Positions 37,045 through 47,647 of a stretch of DNA of 53,820 nucleotides are shown here, one piece after another. Origin of the DNA: Paenibacillus eucommiae (GTDB lineage: Bacteria > Bacillota > Bacilli > Paenibacillales > NBRC-103111); the NCBI RefSeq assembly GCF_017874215.1, contig NZ_JAGGLB010000052.1, positions 1 through 53,820 of the forward strand, written 5' to 3'. The notes below the pieces were generated by a model. It saw only the letters and a list, made by a program, of their open reading frames with translations. It made no database searches and had not been told where the DNA came from. The position numbers were made by a program, and so were the translations under genes. How positions within the stretch are numbered: the stretch's first letter is position 1; each line of letters opens with the position of its first letter.

Positions 37045-37893
37045 TTAAATAAGCTCAACAAAAAACATAGCTGATAAAACTACAACCACTTGCAGGGATA
37101 TTATCATCCTCTGTACAGGCAAACGGAAGGCAAGCTTAGTCTGCGGATCAATAAGATACTGGATTCTATAATTAATGGAAGATTCCGCAAAGGATGCATA
37201 GGTAAAAGAATAGCGTGTTTTCTTGTTTATACTTAGCAGCTTTAATAAAGCACTTCCCAAGCTCTCAGAAGAGCCCGTTATTCCAATTGCATAGCAATCA
37301 GCCAATACTTCTCTTGCTGTCTGGTACTGCTTATAGCTCCACTTGAGAATAGGAACATACCAGAGAACTGACGAGGACAGGAACATAAGAAATGTTTTCA
37401 ATGGATCGTTATTTTTTCTGTGAAACCTTTCATGCTGAATAAGTGCCTCCAGCTCGTCCTCATGTAATAATTCGAGCAGACCCGTTGACAGAACAATCTG
37501 TGGACGAATAAACCTCATAGTAAGGGCAATGGAATCTGGATGAGTAACGACAATAAACTCCTTTCTCCCCTCGCCATACATTTGGTTAAAAGCTGCAGTA
37601 AGCTCCACATCAACAAGCTTGTTCAGCTTCGTGTAGGTGCGCCGGGAAAAGTACAGCTGTTTGCCTATAACCCAAAGCATCATGATCAGCGTATATACGA
37701 CTAAAGTATCCAGAAGATAAACCATCCATGACAACCCCAGCCTGTTAAGTAAGCTTATGCAATGATCAAATATATTGTAGGCGTACGGTCTGCCTAGCAG
37801 CCCTTGCGTAACATACATCCCCATTTGCAAAAGGATACACATAGCAATAAATAGATTTGAGATGATTAGTATCCTGGATCTTCGTTCCCACAT
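37045..37893 (-). CDS. BlaR1-like M56 family membrane metallopeptidase. Signal-transducer N-domain only, with no C-terminal penicillin-binding sensor domain.
   Basis: 282 aa, multi-TM. The HEXXH zinc motif is present within HEDELEALIQHERFHRKNNDPL. Immediately downstream of the BlaI-like gene. Confidence 0.75.
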   Translation of the reverse strand: MWERRSRILIISNLFIAMCILLQMGMYVTQGLLGRPYAYNIFDHCISLLNRLGLSWMVYLLDTLVVYTLIMMLWVIGKQLYFSRRTYTKLNKLVDVELTAAFNQMYGEGRKEFIVVTHPDSIALTMRFIRPQIVLSTGLLELLHEDELEALIQHERFHRKNNDPLKTFLMFLSSSVLWYVPILKWSYKQYQTAREVLADCYAIGITGSSESLGSALLKLLSINKKTRYSFTYASFAESSINYRIQYLIDPQTKLAFRLPVQRMIISLQVVVVLSAMFFVELI

Positions 37894-37896
37894 ATC

Positions 37897-38358
37897 CTAT
37901 CTACCCTCTTTGAGCGCTTTTATTTTTTGTTCCAGCTTATCGAGCAGCTCCGGATCGGCTTCATCCAATGCATCCAGCATATGATTGACGACTAGAGGAC
38001 CGAAATCTTCTACCAGGTTTAAAGAAATCTCTTTGGACTGATTTTCCAAAAAGCGTTCCTTCGATTCCACAGTGCTATACAAGGAAGTTCTACCTGCCAT
38101 TATCTTGGTCAACAGCCCTTTGTCCAGCAGACGATTCATCACTGTCATCACTGTATTGAAATTCAAATCCTTTTCCTTCTCCAGCTTTACTTGGACTTCT
38201 TTAATGGACAGATTGGGCTGGGCCCAAAGAATCTCCATTATTTTGGCCTCCAAGGGTCCGAAAAATCGTTCAAGCCCTCTGTTCTTTAAATTGAGCTTTG
38301 AGCTGAGCTTTGAGTCGAGCTTAGGGTTGAGTTTTTGGCTGAGCTTATGGTTGTCCAT
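37897..38358 (-). CDS. BlaI/MecI/CopY family transcriptional repressor with a repeat-encoded N-terminal extension (KLSQKLNPKLDSKLSSKLNLKN)
   Basis: The core LEAKIMEILWAQPNLSIKEVQVKLEKEKDLNFNTVMTVMNRLLDKGLL matches the BlaI wHTH. I place the start at ATG 38358 (MDNHKL, RBS GGAAGGTG). The ORF-track start at 38427 has no RBS. Confidence 0.8.
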   Translation of the reverse strand: MDNHKLSQKLNPKLDSKLSSKLNLKNRGLERFFGPLEAKIMEILWAQPNLSIKEVQVKLEKEKDLNFNTVMTVMNRLLDKGLLTKIMAGRTSLYSTVESKERFLENQSKEISLNLVEDFGPLVVNHMLDALDEADPELLDKLEQKIKALKEGR

Positions 38359-38565
38359 TTGACCACACCTTCCACTACTCATTGTAGTGAATAATATTTC
38401 AAATTGCAACTTTTCTGCTGTTTCCAATATTTTAATGTCTTAGGCTGAAAGAAATCTGAATCAAAGCTTAAGTAAAGATTAAAAATCATTGCTATTCTGG
38501 CTCACACATATTGAACGGTTCCTCGAATATATATATATGTATACCCCGATGAAAGAAGGCAGTCA

Positions 38566-39996
38566 ATGAATACTTCAGATAAACAGCAGTTGGAATATGC
38601 CATCGCTGAAATTACAGAGATCGCCCAAGGGTTTGGACTTGATTATTACCCTATGCGTTATGAAATCTGTCCAGCGGAAATCATCTACACTTTTGGAGCC
38701 TATGGTATGCCTACACGTTACAGTCATTGGAGCTTCGGCAAAAACTTCCACAGGATGAAAACCCAATACGATCTTGGTCTAAGCAAAATTTATGAACTTG
38801 TTATTAACTCCAACCCTTGCTATGCGTTCCTGCTCGATGGAAATTCGTTAATTCAGAATAAGCTGATCGTTGCTCATGTGCTCGCACACTGTGATTTTTT
38901 CAAAAACAATGTCCGTTTCTCCAAAACAAACCGCAATATGGTGGAAAGCATGTCTGCATCCGCAGAGCGTATCCGCCAGTATGAGCTGGAATTTGGCATT
39001 GATCAGGTAGAGAAATTTATCGACGCGGTTCTGGCTATTCAAGAGCATGTGAATCCGATACTGAACAGTCCCTATCGCCAAGCAGATAAACATTTGAATC
39101 CGAACAAAACGCTAGACTCAGCCTCATCCAAAGATGCAAAGCTTAGTTATGAAGACCTGTGGAGCTTGGATGATCAAAAAATATCTGAACCCCTTAAAGA
39201 TGAAATCAAGCGGTTTCCCCCTCAGCCAGAGAAGGATCTGCTGCTCTTTATAGAGGAGCATGCCCCTTATATGCAGGAATGGCAGCGCGATATTCTGACT
39301 ATGCTGCGTGAGGAAATGCTTTATTTCTGGCCGCAGCTGGAAACAAAGATTATGAACGAGGGGTGGGCATCCTACTGGCATCAACGAATCCTCAGGGAGC
39401 TTGATCTGTCCGAGGAGGAAACCATCGAATATTCCAAGCTCAACTCCTCCGTCGTACAGCCTTCTCGCAATAGCCTAAACCCCTACTATTTGGGGCTGAA
39501 AATTTTTGAGGATATTGAGAAGCGCTGGAATGATCCCAAGGATGAAGAAATGGTAAGACATGACAGGCAAAAGGGCGAAGGACGCAGCAAAATATTTGAG
39601 GTTCGCGAGTACGAATCGGATACCTCCTTCATCCGAAATTACTTAACCAAGGAGCTTGTAGATGATCTGGACCTATACATTTTCGAGAAAAAAGGACCCG
39701 AATGGAAAATTACCGAGAAATCGTGGGAGCCTATCCGCGATCAGCTTGTTTATTCGCGGGTGAACGGCGGCTTCCCTTATATCGTCGTAACTGATGGGGA
39801 TTACGAGCGCCGCGGCGAGCTGTATCTGAGCCATTCGTTTGAAGGTATGGAGCTTGATCTCAAATATATTGAGAAGACACTTCCTTATATTTATCAGCTT
39901 TGGGGGAAAACCATCTACCTGGAAACACGCGTGGAGGGTAAGCCGGTGTTGTTCTCTTATGACGGCACGAAGCATAACCGCAAATTTATTGTATGA
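38566..39996 (+). CDS. spoVR: Stage V sporulation protein R (SpoVR family)
   Basis: 476 aa. N-terminal [67 protein letters not shown] is the canonical SpoVR N-terminus. Confidence 0.9.
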   Translation: MNTSDKQQLEYAIAEITEIAQGFGLDYYPMRYEICPAEIIYTFGAYGMPTRYSHWSFGKNFHRMKTQYDLGLSKIYELVINSNPCYAFLLDGNSLIQNKLIVAHVLAHCDFFKNNVRFSKTNRNMVESMSASAERIRQYELEFGIDQVEKFIDAVLAIQEHVNPILNSPYRQADKHLNPNKTLDSASSKDAKLSYEDLWSLDDQKISEPLKDEIKRFPPQPEKDLLLFIEEHAPYMQEWQRDILTMLREEMLYFWPQLETKIMNEGWASYWHQRILRELDLSEEETIEYSKLNSSVVQPSRNSLNPYYLGLKIFEDIEKRWNDPKDEEMVRHDRQKGEGRSKIFEVREYESDTSFIRNYLTKELVDDLDLYIFEKKGPEWKITEKSWEPIRDQLVYSRVNGGFPYIVVTDGDYERRGELYLSHSFEGMELDLKYIEKTLPYIYQLWGKTIYLETRVEGKPVLFSYDGTKHNRKFIV

Positions 39997-40159
39997 ATAG
40001 AGCCCCCTATTATTAGGGAGCTCTGTTTTTCTATTCCGAATAACCCATCAAACCGATATACGCCAAATTAGGCTGGGCGATGTCCACTCGTCCTTTATAA
40101 GGCAAATAGCCGTCGATCACATACCAATTCTTTGCTCCTTGCTTGCTCATGCCAGCCTC

Positions 40160-41356
40160 CTATAGAACCGAGATCTCCCCTGTTTTCTTCCAATTGCTGC
40201 TTAGCTTTCGGACTAACGCGGACATGGATTCGTAGCCTTCATCCGTCACGATCAGGCTTTCCTCTATCCGGTTGGAGCCATGGGGATGTCCGAACAAACT
40301 GACATCCGTATTTACGGTCATTCCTGCTTGAAACAGCACCTCTGTATGCTCATCGGGATAAGGCGATTCCGCTTCGGCCAGACCACAACCATGAAGCGGC
40401 GGATAAAGGTCGTAAGCCGTCACCTTCTTCTCCGCGAAGTAATCTTTAACAGCGCGTACGACTTCTTGCTGCTTAACCCCTGCTCTGAGCCTGGATAACG
40501 CGCGATCTTCAGCTTCTACAAGAATCTGAATGAATGCCCTCTGCTCCTCGTTCATGCTGCCGGCAACAAACGGGAAACCTATAGTAGCCACATATCCTTC
40601 TACCTGTACGGCTATCGCGGCCATAATCATCTCTCCATCTTGAATGACCTTTCTCGTTGGCCTTCCGATAATGGTCTTGGCCCTGTCTCCGCTCGTCAGC
40701 ACGCAGAATGGCATATATTCCGCGCCTTGCTGCGTGCATTCGCCTAAAGCAAGCGATGCCAGCTCCAGCTCCGTCATCCCTGGCTTGACCTGCTCAATCA
40801 TCAGTTGGTAACCCGCATCAGCAATTCGCGCCGCCTCTTTCAGACAAGCAACTTCATGTGCCGTCTTGGTCATACGCAATTGAAATAGCAGATCTCCTGA
40901 ATCCAAGATTTCCATCGGCTCGAAGCTGCGCTCAATGGCATTCAGCAAGGAAGCAGGCATCGCGTCCATTCCTACGATTCCGATTCTTTTTAGAGGGATG
41001 GTCTTATTGATCCCAATCCATATTTCCCTTAGGCTCGTGTATTTGGCAAGGGGATATTCGATTTCATCCGGAACGGTTACGCACGTAAATTCAGGAAGCA
41101 GACGGATATCCGGCCAAGCGCTCATCTCCTCACATAGAACCTCTCCTTCGGGAGCGGCAATAACGATGGGCTCGCCTACGAGCGGCACGATCGCAGCACC
41201 TCTCTCGAACAACGGCCAATAATTGCTTATATAGCGGAGATTCTCCTTCCTGTACTCATCTCCATAGATCAAGCATGCCTGAATATCCTGTTCCCTCATT
41301 AAAACCCGTAAGTTGTCCGCCCTCGCAGCGAACTCTGCCTGGGGTATGTGTATCAT
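40160..41356 (-). CDS. M24 family metallopeptidase (Xaa-Pro aminopeptidase / creatinase-like)
   Basis: Creatinase-like N-domain followed by an M24 pita-bread domain. ATG at 41356 with RBS GGAGGTG is preferred over the TTG at 41374. Confidence 0.75.
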   Translation of the reverse strand: MIHIPQAEFAARADNLRVLMREQDIQACLIYGDEYRKENLRYISNYWPLFERGAAIVPLVGEPIVIAAPEGEVLCEEMSAWPDIRLLPEFTCVTVPDEIEYPLAKYTSLREIWIGINKTIPLKRIGIVGMDAMPASLLNAIERSFEPMEILDSGDLLFQLRMTKTAHEVACLKEAARIADAGYQLMIEQVKPGMTELELASLALGECTQQGAEYMPFCVLTSGDRAKTIIGRPTRKVIQDGEMIMAAIAVQVEGYVATIGFPFVAGSMNEEQRAFIQILVEAEDRALSRLRAGVKQQEVVRAVKDYFAEKKVTAYDLYPPLHGCGLAEAESPYPDEHTEVLFQAGMTVNTDVSLFGHPHGSNRIEESLIVTDEGYESMSALVRKLSSNWKKTGEISVL

Positions 41357-41378
41357 GAAATGCTGCACCTCCAACGAA

Positions 41379-42863
41379 TTAATAAATAACTTTACGAATG
41401 TTCATGAAATCGGCAACATGCGACAGCTCTTCCGTCAAATCACCGTAGCCGATAATGCAGTGATGAGCAAATCCCTCTTTAATCAAAGCTGCCAGAAATT
41501 GCTTGATGGGCGTACCCAGTTGAACGATCGCCGTAATCTCTTCACAAGGAATGTTCTCCGGGATATGCAGTACCTGGCCTTTCACGATAAGCATCTTATA
41601 GCCTTCGGCATCAATAATCAGATGACTGATCGTCACCTCTCCAGGCTTCAGCGTATATTCGAAACCGAAGCCCGCTCCCTGCAAGCCCCATTGCTCGGGT
41701 GAGCGATTGACCTTGACCGTGCTTCTGTCAGTCGCATATTCCGTATTGGCATATCCGTGATGAACCATGAGCAAGGCGTTTAGCTCCTCGTCATATTCAC
41801 CCCATTCAGCATAAGCGGGCACTTGACCGCTAAGCCTGTTCATAATTGTCATCATAATCAGGCCATGCACATCTCCCTCGGTGTTCACGACATACTTGCC
41901 TTCTTCATGCATCAGGGTATTAGCCAAGTAAGAGGTTGTTCCCGTCTTCTGCTCCACGTAATGCTGACCGAGCAGCGTGAGTGCATCAAGTCTGAACCGC
42001 TCCAGCGTATTTTTGAGTGCGACATAAAATTTAGAAGATTTATAAATATCGTCCTCACTAAGACCGACAATATTAAACCGGTTTTTCGTCTGTGCAACGA
42101 TGTCTTCTATTTCCACATCCGTTGCCTTCCCGAATTGCTCCAGCAGATGATCCACCTGAATCGAGATAATATTGGGACCCAATGTGCCTTTGATCATCGT
42201 CTTGTCGTATTCGAAGTCGTACATGCCTCTGAATACATGGCCGATGACGCCAATATTGGTGCTTTTGAGACTCAAATAAGCTTTGTATGCCCGGATATAG
42301 GTGGTCATTTCTTTATAAGCGGACATATCCTGGATGGATCCCACGACAACTTTCAGGTCGGGATACCAGCCCATTTTACGAAAAGTGGCGGCCAATTGCA
42401 GATTGGCAATTAAAGCGCTATTCCTTAGAATGTTCTCATAATTAGTGCCGAGATTTATCTTGTTTGTATGCTGGGTGTTGAAAAGAATGACCGGGACATG
42501 GCGTACATGCTCCAAAGCCTGGATAGCCATATAATCGGGACAATATGTTCCGGCTACATATACGATGAGGTCAACCCGCTGGTTTGCCAGCTCTTGGCCT
42601 GCAGCCTCCGCAGCATCAAGTGTGTCGATCATACCTGGCCATATGACTTCGTCCTCTTTCAGAACCTGGCGCAGATGATCGTAGATGCATGTCATATCCG
42701 CTGTCACGTTAGCCTTCAAAGTATTCGGGAACATCCGCCAATATTCAAAAAAGCCTAATGTGATCAACCCAATCTTCAGTTGTTTGTCCGCTGCTTTAGT
42801 TGTTAACAAATCTCCGAAAATATGCCCTTTTGCGGTTTCAAATGATTCTATGATTTCAGTCAT
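41379..42863 (-). CDS. L-arabinose/L-fucose isomerase superfamily protein (function unassigned)
   Basis: 494 aa. Domain order and scattered similarity to the AraA/FucI fold: N-terminal Rossmann-like module, central GD..G block, C-terminal HH motif. Tentative. Confidence 0.5.
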   Translation of the reverse strand: MTEIIESFETAKGHIFGDLLTTKAADKQLKIGLITLGFFEYWRMFPNTLKANVTADMTCIYDHLRQVLKEDEVIWPGMIDTLDAAEAAGQELANQRVDLIVYVAGTYCPDYMAIQALEHVRHVPVILFNTQHTNKINLGTNYENILRNSALIANLQLAATFRKMGWYPDLKVVVGSIQDMSAYKEMTTYIRAYKAYLSLKSTNIGVIGHVFRGMYDFEYDKTMIKGTLGPNIISIQVDHLLEQFGKATDVEIEDIVAQTKNRFNIVGLSEDDIYKSSKFYVALKNTLERFRLDALTLLGQHYVEQKTGTTSYLANTLMHEEGKYVVNTEGDVHGLIMMTIMNRLSGQVPAYAEWGEYDEELNALLMVHHGYANTEYATDRSTVKVNRSPEQWGLQGAGFGFEYTLKPGEVTISHLIIDAEGYKMLIVKGQVLHIPENIPCEEITAIVQLGTPIKQFLAALIKEGFAHHCIIGYGDLTEELSHVADFMNIRKVIY

Positions 42864-42864
42864 T

Positions 42865-43716
42865 TCATGTCCTTACCTTTCTATGTGGAATTCCGTGGAG
42901 CAGACGAACGGCGTTGTCATGGATAATATTCCGGATATCCTCATCCCCGATGCCTGAGAATAATACACTGCCAAGCATATAGTGAGGGTCATACCAAGGG
43001 AAATCGGTACCGAACAGTACCTTCTCCGAAGTGGCCTCCCGAACCATTTTGCCAATCATTCCGTTTAGACGCCCAGTATCGCATAATTCCAGATATACAT
43101 TCGGCTGCGTCCTGGCAAGCTCTATCGCATAATCGGTCTCTCCAGGCGCAGAATGGCCTAAAAGAAAGCTGATATTCTCATATTTGCGCGCGAGCTCCCC
43201 GATCATCTGCGGAGGATTGTAAGAACTGTGTCCCCATGTATGGGATAAAAGAAGCAGCCCGCGCTCATTGGCAAACTCATAGATTCTGCGAAACTTCTCG
43301 CCGTTGAGCGGATATTTATGATAGTCTGGAAGCAGCTTGAAGCCAACATAGCCCTTTACACGATCGAACTCGGCAAGATCGCGCTCCAGATCGTGATCAT
43401 AATGAGGATTCACCACATAATATCCATAAATTTTATCCGGATACTTGGTTATTGCCTCGCGAATTTCCGAATTTCCGCCGATTGGATCGAACAACGCACT
43501 ATGTGGTGCCGAAATGATCCACTCTATATGTTCCCTGTCCATCGTCTGTATCATCGTGTCCAAATGTGCCTCCGGCAAATATGTGCCATAGAACGGGCCC
43601 ATATGGGTGTGCATGTCGATGATCGAGATGCTGGACAACCTCCCGGTTTCAACAAACTCCTTTGCCAGCTGCGACCTATTGGTCATCGTCTGTGAAATCC
43701 TTGCTTGTATGCTCAT
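42865..43716 (-). CDS. Amidohydrolase-2 family (TIM-barrel metal-dependent hydrolase, COG2159-like)
   Basis: 283 aa. Metal-binding start IIDMHTHMG, then ...LLSHTWGHS...GHSAPGETDYAIELARTQPNVYLELCDTG...FGTDFPWYDP. RBS GAGGTGA. Confidence 0.7.
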   Translation of the reverse strand: MSIQARISQTMTNRSQLAKEFVETGRLSSISIIDMHTHMGPFYGTYLPEAHLDTMIQTMDREHIEWIISAPHSALFDPIGGNSEIREAITKYPDKIYGYYVVNPHYDHDLERDLAEFDRVKGYVGFKLLPDYHKYPLNGEKFRRIYEFANERGLLLLSHTWGHSSYNPPQMIGELARKYENISFLLGHSAPGETDYAIELARTQPNVYLELCDTGRLNGMIGKMVREATSEKVLFGTDFPWYDPHYMLGSVLFSGIGDEDIRNIIHDNAVRLLHGIPHRKVRT

Positions 43717-44498
43717 AGAGTCACCTCGCTCAGCATTCTTTCCAGATTTTTGTACGCGATATTTTCCATATGCTCACTGCTTATCCCGGAGCCAAGCAAA
43801 GCAGCCAGCGGCCCGCCTATAGCATTGCTCGGAAAGTTAGAGCCGAAGAGAATCCGTTCTGAACCGAATTTACTGCAAATTTCCTTAATTTCCCCTGCTG
43901 TCTGCATATCCCCGCTTTCGATATACAGGTTCTTGTAGGCTTTGAACAATGGAAATGTCAGCCGGGCATGACTCCACAAGCCGTAGTTATGAAGGATGAC
44001 ACTCAAGGTCGGAAACTCCTGCATAATACTGTAAATACTTTGCCAGCCTTCGCTTGGCGTCAAATACAGCGGAATTTGCGCTGCAGCGATTTCTCCAATT
44101 AGCTCACCCATAACTACCTTGTTAAGCAAATACCGGTTGCGCTCCGGATAAGCTCTGAGCATCTGCACCTGATTCGCCTTCATCGCGGGAAATAAATGCT
44201 CAGGCGCATACTGACCTTCAGTAATCGGTGGCAGTATAGTCCACGTTGGAAGCAGCCGCTCCGGCGCTTTCACAGTCTCAGCGAGGACGGCCCGATTGCC
44301 ATAGTCCGGATCCACATCAACCATCGTGTTGTGGCTGACTACCGCACTGTCAATCCCGCAGAAATCCAGTTCCAGGAGCAGCTCCTCCGCATCACGCGCC
44401 TGCTTTACTTTTTCCCTGACTATAAAGTTCTCATGGTTAACGATCTCATAATTGATCGTTTTGTAACCGATAGCACAGCTGCAATCTATTATTTTCAT
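43713..44498 (-). CDS. Amidohydrolase-2 family protein (second paralogue)
   Basis: 261 aa. Reads KIIDCSCAIGY...LFGSNFPSNAIGGPL. Its ATGA overlaps the downstream gene. RBS AAGGAGG. Confidence 0.65.
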   Translation of the reverse strand: MKIIDCSCAIGYKTINYEIVNHENFIVREKVKQARDAEELLLELDFCGIDSAVVSHNTMVDVDPDYGNRAVLAETVKAPERLLPTWTILPPITEGQYAPEHLFPAMKANQVQMLRAYPERNRYLLNKVVMGELIGEIAAAQIPLYLTPSEGWQSIYSIMQEFPTLSVILHNYGLWSHARLTFPLFKAYKNLYIESGDMQTAGEIKEICSKFGSERILFGSNFPSNAIGGPLAALLGSGISSEHMENIAYKNLERMLSEVTL

Positions 44499-44532
44499 CG
44501 CTATCCTCCTTGCTTACTGTCCGAAATGAGTA

Positions 44533-45579
44533 CTACCCGTAATTATTATCCAGAAATTCAGCCGGGTTGCCGCACATCAGGGTTTGGATCTGTTCAGGCA
44601 ATATGCCTTCATCCTCCATCATCGGAATGATGTTCGTAATGACGTGGTCATATCCCCATCCGCCGTAGCTGTGCAGACAAGTTTTCAGGCACACATCGTT
44701 AGATACCAATATTCTTGACAGGAATCCACAATCGATCAGTTCCTTGATCGCCCGCACCCGCTCGATGTCTCTGGCGAACAGCCCCTTCAAGACGCTTTTA
44801 TGCTGCTTATCGGCGTAAAACTCTTTGCCGAAATTATCAAACTCCACATAGACACCTTGATGAAGAAGCGCCTTTATATAATCCATCTTAATATCCACAT
44901 CAATGTGATTAATGCATATTTTCTCCGCTGCTGCGCCGTTTTCAGTTAGAATTTTCACAACCTCAAAGCCGTTGGTTGCCCATAGATCGGTATGTACATG
45001 GAGTCCCAATCCGGTTTCCTGCTGAACAGAGGCCGCTGCAATCAGCGTCTTTCTTTCGTTCGGATAGATGATTTCACTCGTCCCTATTTCACCAATCACT
45101 CCCGCTTTGATACTCGTTCCATTTATCCCATACTTGATCTCACCAAGCATCTCTGCGGCAATCGCCCCGATTGTCTTATCATCCATATCAGGAGGATGGG
45201 ATTTATGAATGTAGTACCCACAACCGGCAACAATATGGATATCAAGCAGCCTCGATAAGCGGGCCAGTAAAACAGGATCTCTGCCAATGTCCCGCAGCGT
45301 CAAGTCAACGAATGTCTTTCCTCCAGCCTTCTTAAACTCCATCAGCTCGAACTCGGCAATTTTCTCGTCATCAATCACAGCATTGTCCAGCACCGCATAG
45401 GGATTTCTGAGCAGCTTCCCCATATTGGAGAGCGATACTTTTTCCTGCGCTGTTACCTTGCCCGAAATCGTATGCGGAGCAGGCACCAGATTTCTAAGAT
45501 CGATATAAGCATGCTCATGAGGCAATACGAGTCCTAAGCTGTCTGAGCTCACTTTACCGGTCACAGTCATAACAGACAT
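44533..45579 (-). CDS. Phosphotriesterase-family protein (PTE-like lactonase/hydrolase, binuclear-metal TIM barrel)
   Basis: 348 aa. N-terminal metal-binding motif GLVLPHEHAYID, then GVIGEIGTS...HVHTD... and a C-terminal D.C.K motif, all typical of PTE-homology proteins. Confidence 0.75.
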   Translation of the reverse strand: MSVMTVTGKVSSDSLGLVLPHEHAYIDLRNLVPAPHTISGKVTAQEKVSLSNMGKLLRNPYAVLDNAVIDDEKIAEFELMEFKKAGGKTFVDLTLRDIGRDPVLLARLSRLLDIHIVAGCGYYIHKSHPPDMDDKTIGAIAAEMLGEIKYGINGTSIKAGVIGEIGTSEIIYPNERKTLIAAASVQQETGLGLHVHTDLWATNGFEVVKILTENGAAAEKICINHIDVDIKMDYIKALLHQGVYVEFDNFGKEFYADKQHKSVLKGLFARDIERVRAIKELIDCGFLSRILVSNDVCLKTCLHSYGGWGYDHVITNIIPMMEDEGILPEQIQTLMCGNPAEFLDNNYG

Positions 45580-45612
45580 CTCATCCGCTTCCTTTCATTT
45601 AACAGCTTCTAA

Positions 45613-47646
45613 TCAATCCGCAGCTTTGAAGTCTAGCTCGACGATGACCATGCCCCGGCCGGGAACATACAATTTGAATTTCGAATCATTTGCATCAACA
45701 GGTATTCCCGGAAAATCTGTTAAAATGCTCATAGTTTCTATTGAGCGGCCCACATCTATGTGTGCAGTTTTATAGTTCATGTGCAGATTTCGGATAATGA
45801 TGCGCCAACGTCCAGGATTCATCTCCAACACAGCGGTACGGATATGATTTTCATTTCTCAACATACGGGGTGCCCCGGTGATCTCAATCAACGCCTGCAC
45901 ACAGTGATTTAAGAATTCTTCAGCTACAGGGCTGTAATACAGGCTGTCAAGCCAAGTTAGCCCATCGTTGATCTCGGAAAGACTTTTTTGCTCCTCTATT
46001 ACAAGCTCTTTGGCCTGCTCCATCAAGAACACTTCTGCACATTCACCGTGCTCGTTGCGCACTGCACAAAACAGTTGATTCGCTTCGCATTCCAAGCTCA
46101 AACCAGCCCCCGCGGCCGCCTTAGACACACGTTCCGTCCATCGTCCAATCATAACAGCCGCGCCATTCCGGTAAGTAAGCACTTGTTCCAATTGATCATC
46201 TGGAAGTGTATGAAGATTCGCCACAATAATCGGACCTGTTGCTTGCTGCAAATCCTTGACGTTCACAACCGCATGAATCGGTGCACCTCTGGATATCCAT
46301 TCATGTGTAAATTTATGAGCAGGCCACTCGCGAGAAGCTATATACGCTTCCAAAGAGTTATGCAGAGCTTCATCGGACCATACCAAGCTGGCTCCAACTA
46401 CCCGCTGCGCCAGACTATCAAACCCTAAATTCCAACGCTTAACAATCCATTTCCAGCCATCCTCACTAATGCCATCTCCCAAGCAAGCCATGAACCCCGA
46501 AGCGCAGCGGCGCAGCCCTGTCTGATCCTGCACATACATATTGGAAAAGGCATAAATGTCCCTCTCCAGCACAGTTGGGGCGTGACTGAGTGCATCCCAC
46601 TGCTCGTTCGTATCCTGGATGGCATTCAAACAGATCAGCTTCGTATCCGGCACATAAGCTTTGATCGTCATAAGCATGGACATAAACTCTGTACATGGCT
46701 CATATTCCGTTTCATCGGCTCCAGCTGACAAGGAGGCTCCAACGGACTCCACGATAAATCCATCCACTCCAGTTGCAGCAAGCTGCTGATAGTCGACTCC
46801 GTAACGGTACAAGGCTTCAAAGGGGTCTCTTGTCCAAGCCGTATTGATAAACGCCTTCTTTCCCTCTTGACGAAGTGCCGCCATAATTTTATGCCAAAGC
46901 TGAGCCCACCGTGCTCCATGAAATTGAATCCATTCCATTCGCTTATGATGCCAAATCCATTCGGCCCTTTTCCCCATATTTGCAGGATTATCATCACAAG
47001 CCTCCAGAAGTTCTTTCTCGGCAGCCAAACCGCTGAACTGAGCAAACTGCTCAACCATATCATCGGAATAATCGGCTTCAGCAAGGCTTTTCCTTGGACT
47101 TGTGTACCCGTCTGCTCCATGGTAACCATCAAATCCATAATCCTGCATGACGACCATCAAATCCCGGATAAAGAAATCTTCGTAGTAGGTTCCATCTTTA
47201 AATCTTCTCAGTGGATTAATAACCGAAAGTGCTTTCCCCGACTTATTCATCTCATACAGCTCGGGATGAGCGCCGCACCATTCACTGGCTCTTGGGGTCT
47301 CCCCGCCCTCAACACGAAATAAATCAAAAAAGCTGCAATATATTTGGGCGCCATGCTTCTGCAGCTCTGCTACCAGACCCCGCAACTGATAATTGGTCCA
47401 CACCTGTCTGTTCCGTTCCTTTCCATAAGGACGGGCAGCATAAGAGCAAACTTCAATAGGCAGTATGGCTTCGCTCTCCATGCCCTCATGAGCATGCACA
47501 AAGTCAGGTGTAAAAAAAAGCAGCGACATCGCCGTAGGCACAAATCCGATTCGCTCCATATAAGCAGGAACAGCGAAATCACTTTGTGTATTGTCGAACC
47601 CGATCAACTCGATCCATATCCATTTTTCATACATGGCAAGATTCAT
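45613..47646 (-). CDS. Uncharacterised TIM-barrel glycoside-hydrolase-like protein (orphan GH-like family)
   Basis: 677 aa. The block YGFDGYHGADGY resembles GH-like (GHL) TIM-barrel families. ATG at 47646 with RBS GAGGGAT is preferred over the GTG at 47661. Function inferred only from context. Confidence 0.4.
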   Translation of the reverse strand: MNLAMYEKWIWIELIGFDNTQSDFAVPAYMERIGFVPTAMSLLFFTPDFVHAHEGMESEAILPIEVCSYAARPYGKERNRQVWTNYQLRGLVAELQKHGAQIYCSFFDLFRVEGGETPRASEWCGAHPELYEMNKSGKALSVINPLRRFKDGTYYEDFFIRDLMVVMQDYGFDGYHGADGYTSPRKSLAEADYSDDMVEQFAQFSGLAAEKELLEACDDNPANMGKRAEWIWHHKRMEWIQFHGARWAQLWHKIMAALRQEGKKAFINTAWTRDPFEALYRYGVDYQQLAATGVDGFIVESVGASLSAGADETEYEPCTEFMSMLMTIKAYVPDTKLICLNAIQDTNEQWDALSHAPTVLERDIYAFSNMYVQDQTGLRRCASGFMACLGDGISEDGWKWIVKRWNLGFDSLAQRVVGASLVWSDEALHNSLEAYIASREWPAHKFTHEWISRGAPIHAVVNVKDLQQATGPIIVANLHTLPDDQLEQVLTYRNGAAVMIGRWTERVSKAAAGAGLSLECEANQLFCAVRNEHGECAEVFLMEQAKELVIEEQKSLSEINDGLTWLDSLYYSPVAEEFLNHCVQALIEITGAPRMLRNENHIRTAVLEMNPGRWRIIIRNLHMNYKTAHIDVGRSIETMSILTDFPGIPVDANDSKFKLYVPGRGMVIVELDFKAAD

Positions 47647-47647
47647 T

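Noticed and set aside
38238-38300. Internal ATG (MEILW...) in the blaI-like gene preceded by a perfect GGAGG at 8-nt spacing
   Set aside because: Starting there would delete the conserved PLEAKIM part of the BlaI/MecI N-terminal helix. The GGAGG arises from the Leu-Glu-Ala codons. The upstream ATG at 38358 with RBS GGAAGGTG is preferred.
38428-38565. Attempt to find a sigma-E promoter (ATATT-N14-CATACAmT) upstream of spoVR and yhbH
   Set aside because: AT-rich candidates exist (e.g. catatt...gtataccc), but spacing and the -10 do not fit the consensus well enough to annotate.
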